From the NCBI GenBank assembly GCA_038131935.1, contig JAYPQH010000030.1, forward strand, positions 1 through 64,000: DNA of 64,000 nt, read 5' to 3'. Each line of letters begins with the position of its first letter. Position 1 is the stretch's first letter. Source of the stretch: Alphaproteobacteria bacterium. Lineage in GTDB: Bacteria; Pseudomonadota; Alphaproteobacteria; UBA8317. Made by a program: the position numbers and the translations under genes. Under the pieces are notes generated by a model. That model was not told where the DNA came from. It ran no database searches and was given only the letters and a program-made list of their open reading frames with translations. Positions 62,794-64,000 of the stretch are shown here, one piece after another.

Positions 62794-64000
62794 ATGGTGG
62801 AAAAAAGATCAACGATATTGTGCATCTTAGATGGGTGGGGATTGCGTGATGATGTGCGCGACAATGCCATTCACCAAGCCAACACCCCCCATTATGATGA
62901 CTTGTTGAACCATGCTCATGTTTCCCAGCTTGCAACCTATGGAATAGAAGTGGGATTACCAGAAGGGCAGATGGGCAACTCAGAAGTTGGACATATGAAC
63001 ATCGGTGCAGGTCGTATCGTTTGGCAAGATTATCCCAGGATTAACAATGCAATCGAGACAGGAGAATTTGCCAAAAACCCACAATTGGTACATTTTGCGG
63101 AAAGTTTGAAAACCACCGGTGGGCGCGCCCATTTGCTAAGCCTTTGTTCTGATGGTGGTGTCCATGCACATACCCATCATGTGGTTACAGCGGCGAATCT
63201 GTTGGCAGAACAAGGCCTTGAGGTCGTGCTGCATGTCATTACTGATGGCCGCGATACCCCCCCACAATCTGCACTTCAGAGCCTGCAGAACTTGGCTCAA
63301 CATTTAGATTCTAGCGTGTGTATGGGCTCTTTGAGTGGTCGTTATTTTGCAATGGATCGCGACCAGCGTTGGGATCGGGTAGAGCAGGCCTACCGAGTAA
63401 TTTCAGGGCAATCATCCATCACCAGCCTCACGCCAGAGCAAGTCATTCAAGAGGCTTATGCACAAAATCTGAGTGATGAGTTTATTCAACCTGTACAATT
63501 TGAACATCATAGCATGTCAAAAGGTGATGGTTTGTTCATGCTCAATTTTCGTGCGGATCGCGCACGTGAGCTGCTTGAAGCGTTTGTGGATCCTGAATTC
63601 ACAGGGTTCACCAGACCCCAGCAGATAGAATTTTCAGGATGTCTTGGTATGGTGTCTTATTCCGAGCATCTCAATAAGTTCATGTCTTGTATGTTTGCAC
63701 CTGTTGGTTTGCCTTACACCTTAGGTGAAGTGATTTCAAATGCGGGGGGAAGCCAGCTCCGTCTTGCAGAAACTGAAAAATATGCGCATGTCACCTTCTT
63801 TTTTAATGGAGGGCGGGAAGCAACATTTCCTGGGGAAGAAAGGATTTTGATCCCATCACCGAAAGTGGCTACTTATGATCTTAAGCCAGAAATGTCAGCG
63901 CCAGAGGTAACAGCGGCATTAACAGATGCGATCCGCGCGAAAACTTTCGACCTTATCGTCGTCAATTATGCAAACCCTGATATGGTCGGACATACAGGGA
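62794..64000 (+). CDS. gpmI: 2,3-bisphosphoglycerate-independent phosphoglycerate mutase (3' partial)
   Basis: Manual translation: MVEKRSTILCILDGWG, VGLPEGQMGNSEVGHMNIGAGR, DGRDTPP, GRYFAMDRD, AETEKYAHVTFFFNGG, NYANPDMVGHTG; runs off the window. Confidence 0.96.
   Translation, partial: MVEKRSTILCILDGWGLRDDVRDNAIHQANTPHYDDLLNHAHVSQLATYGIEVGLPEGQMGNSEVGHMNIGAGRIVWQDYPRINNAIETGEFAKNPQLVHFAESLKTTGGRAHLLSLCSDGGVHAHTHHVVTAANLLAEQGLEVVLHVITDGRDTPPQSALQSLQNLAQHLDSSVCMGSLSGRYFAMDRDQRWDRVEQAYRVISGQSSITSLTPEQVIQEAYAQNLSDEFIQPVQFEHHSMSKGDGLFMLNFRADRARELLEAFVDPEFTGFTRPQQIEFSGCLGMVSYSEHLNKFMSCMFAPVGLPYTLGEVISNAGGSQLRLAETEKYAHVTFFFNGGREATFPGEERILIPSPKVATYDLKPEMSAPEVTAALTDAIRAKTFDLIVVNYANPDMVGHTG

Noticed and set aside
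62473-62935. ORFs 62473..62781 (+), 62655..62870 (-) and 62717..62935 (-)
   Set aside because: They have no motifs; the + ORF runs through a clear terminator and the - ORFs are antisense to gpmI.
1-64000. CRISPR array, rRNA, IS transposase, retron/RT
   Set aside because: I saw no regularly spaced repeats, rRNA-like tracts, transposase motifs or reverse transcriptase motifs by eye. The many short antisense ORFs in the track are shadows of real genes.

Overview
Chromosomal window from a moderately low-GC bacterium whose gene content looks like a marine Alphaproteobacterium (inference from protein families, not from a marker gene). About 18 genes carry 1-bp frameshifts, mostly in homopolymers, which looks like uncorrected long-read error. 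Left end (1 to about 7.9 kb): an AT-rich mosaic island with a P4-like tyrosine integrase, a tRNA-Ser-like 3' att fragment with arm-type repeats on both sides, a lipoprotein, a broken WYL-domain gene that the ORF track mostly misses, a stand-alone Fis-type HTH, hipBA, an AlpA/Xis-like HTH and zntB. 9.7-21 kb: a sulfide-oxidation cluster (Crp/Fnr, DUF2892, two YeeE/YedE, persulfide dioxygenase, DUF442-SQR fusion, SulP), followed by a CIO-type cytochrome bd operon and an NsrR-like Rrf2 regulator. 21-60 kb: catabolic and transport genes (Rieske oxygenase, ComC/ComDE-like pair, XDH-family Mo enzyme, frmA, Mct-like CoA transferase, cysQ, an isolated flgE-like gene, an HDAC-family operon, a Liv-type ABC transporter). 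Right end: fccAB/soxEF-like sulfide dehydrogenase, a candidate three-hairpin sRNA or attenuator, and partial gpmI. The best leads are the WYL/Fis-HTH/HipBA island module, the sulfide-oxidation plus bd-oxidase neighbourhood with two candidate operators, and the unannotated structured RNA at about 62.56-62.68 kb.
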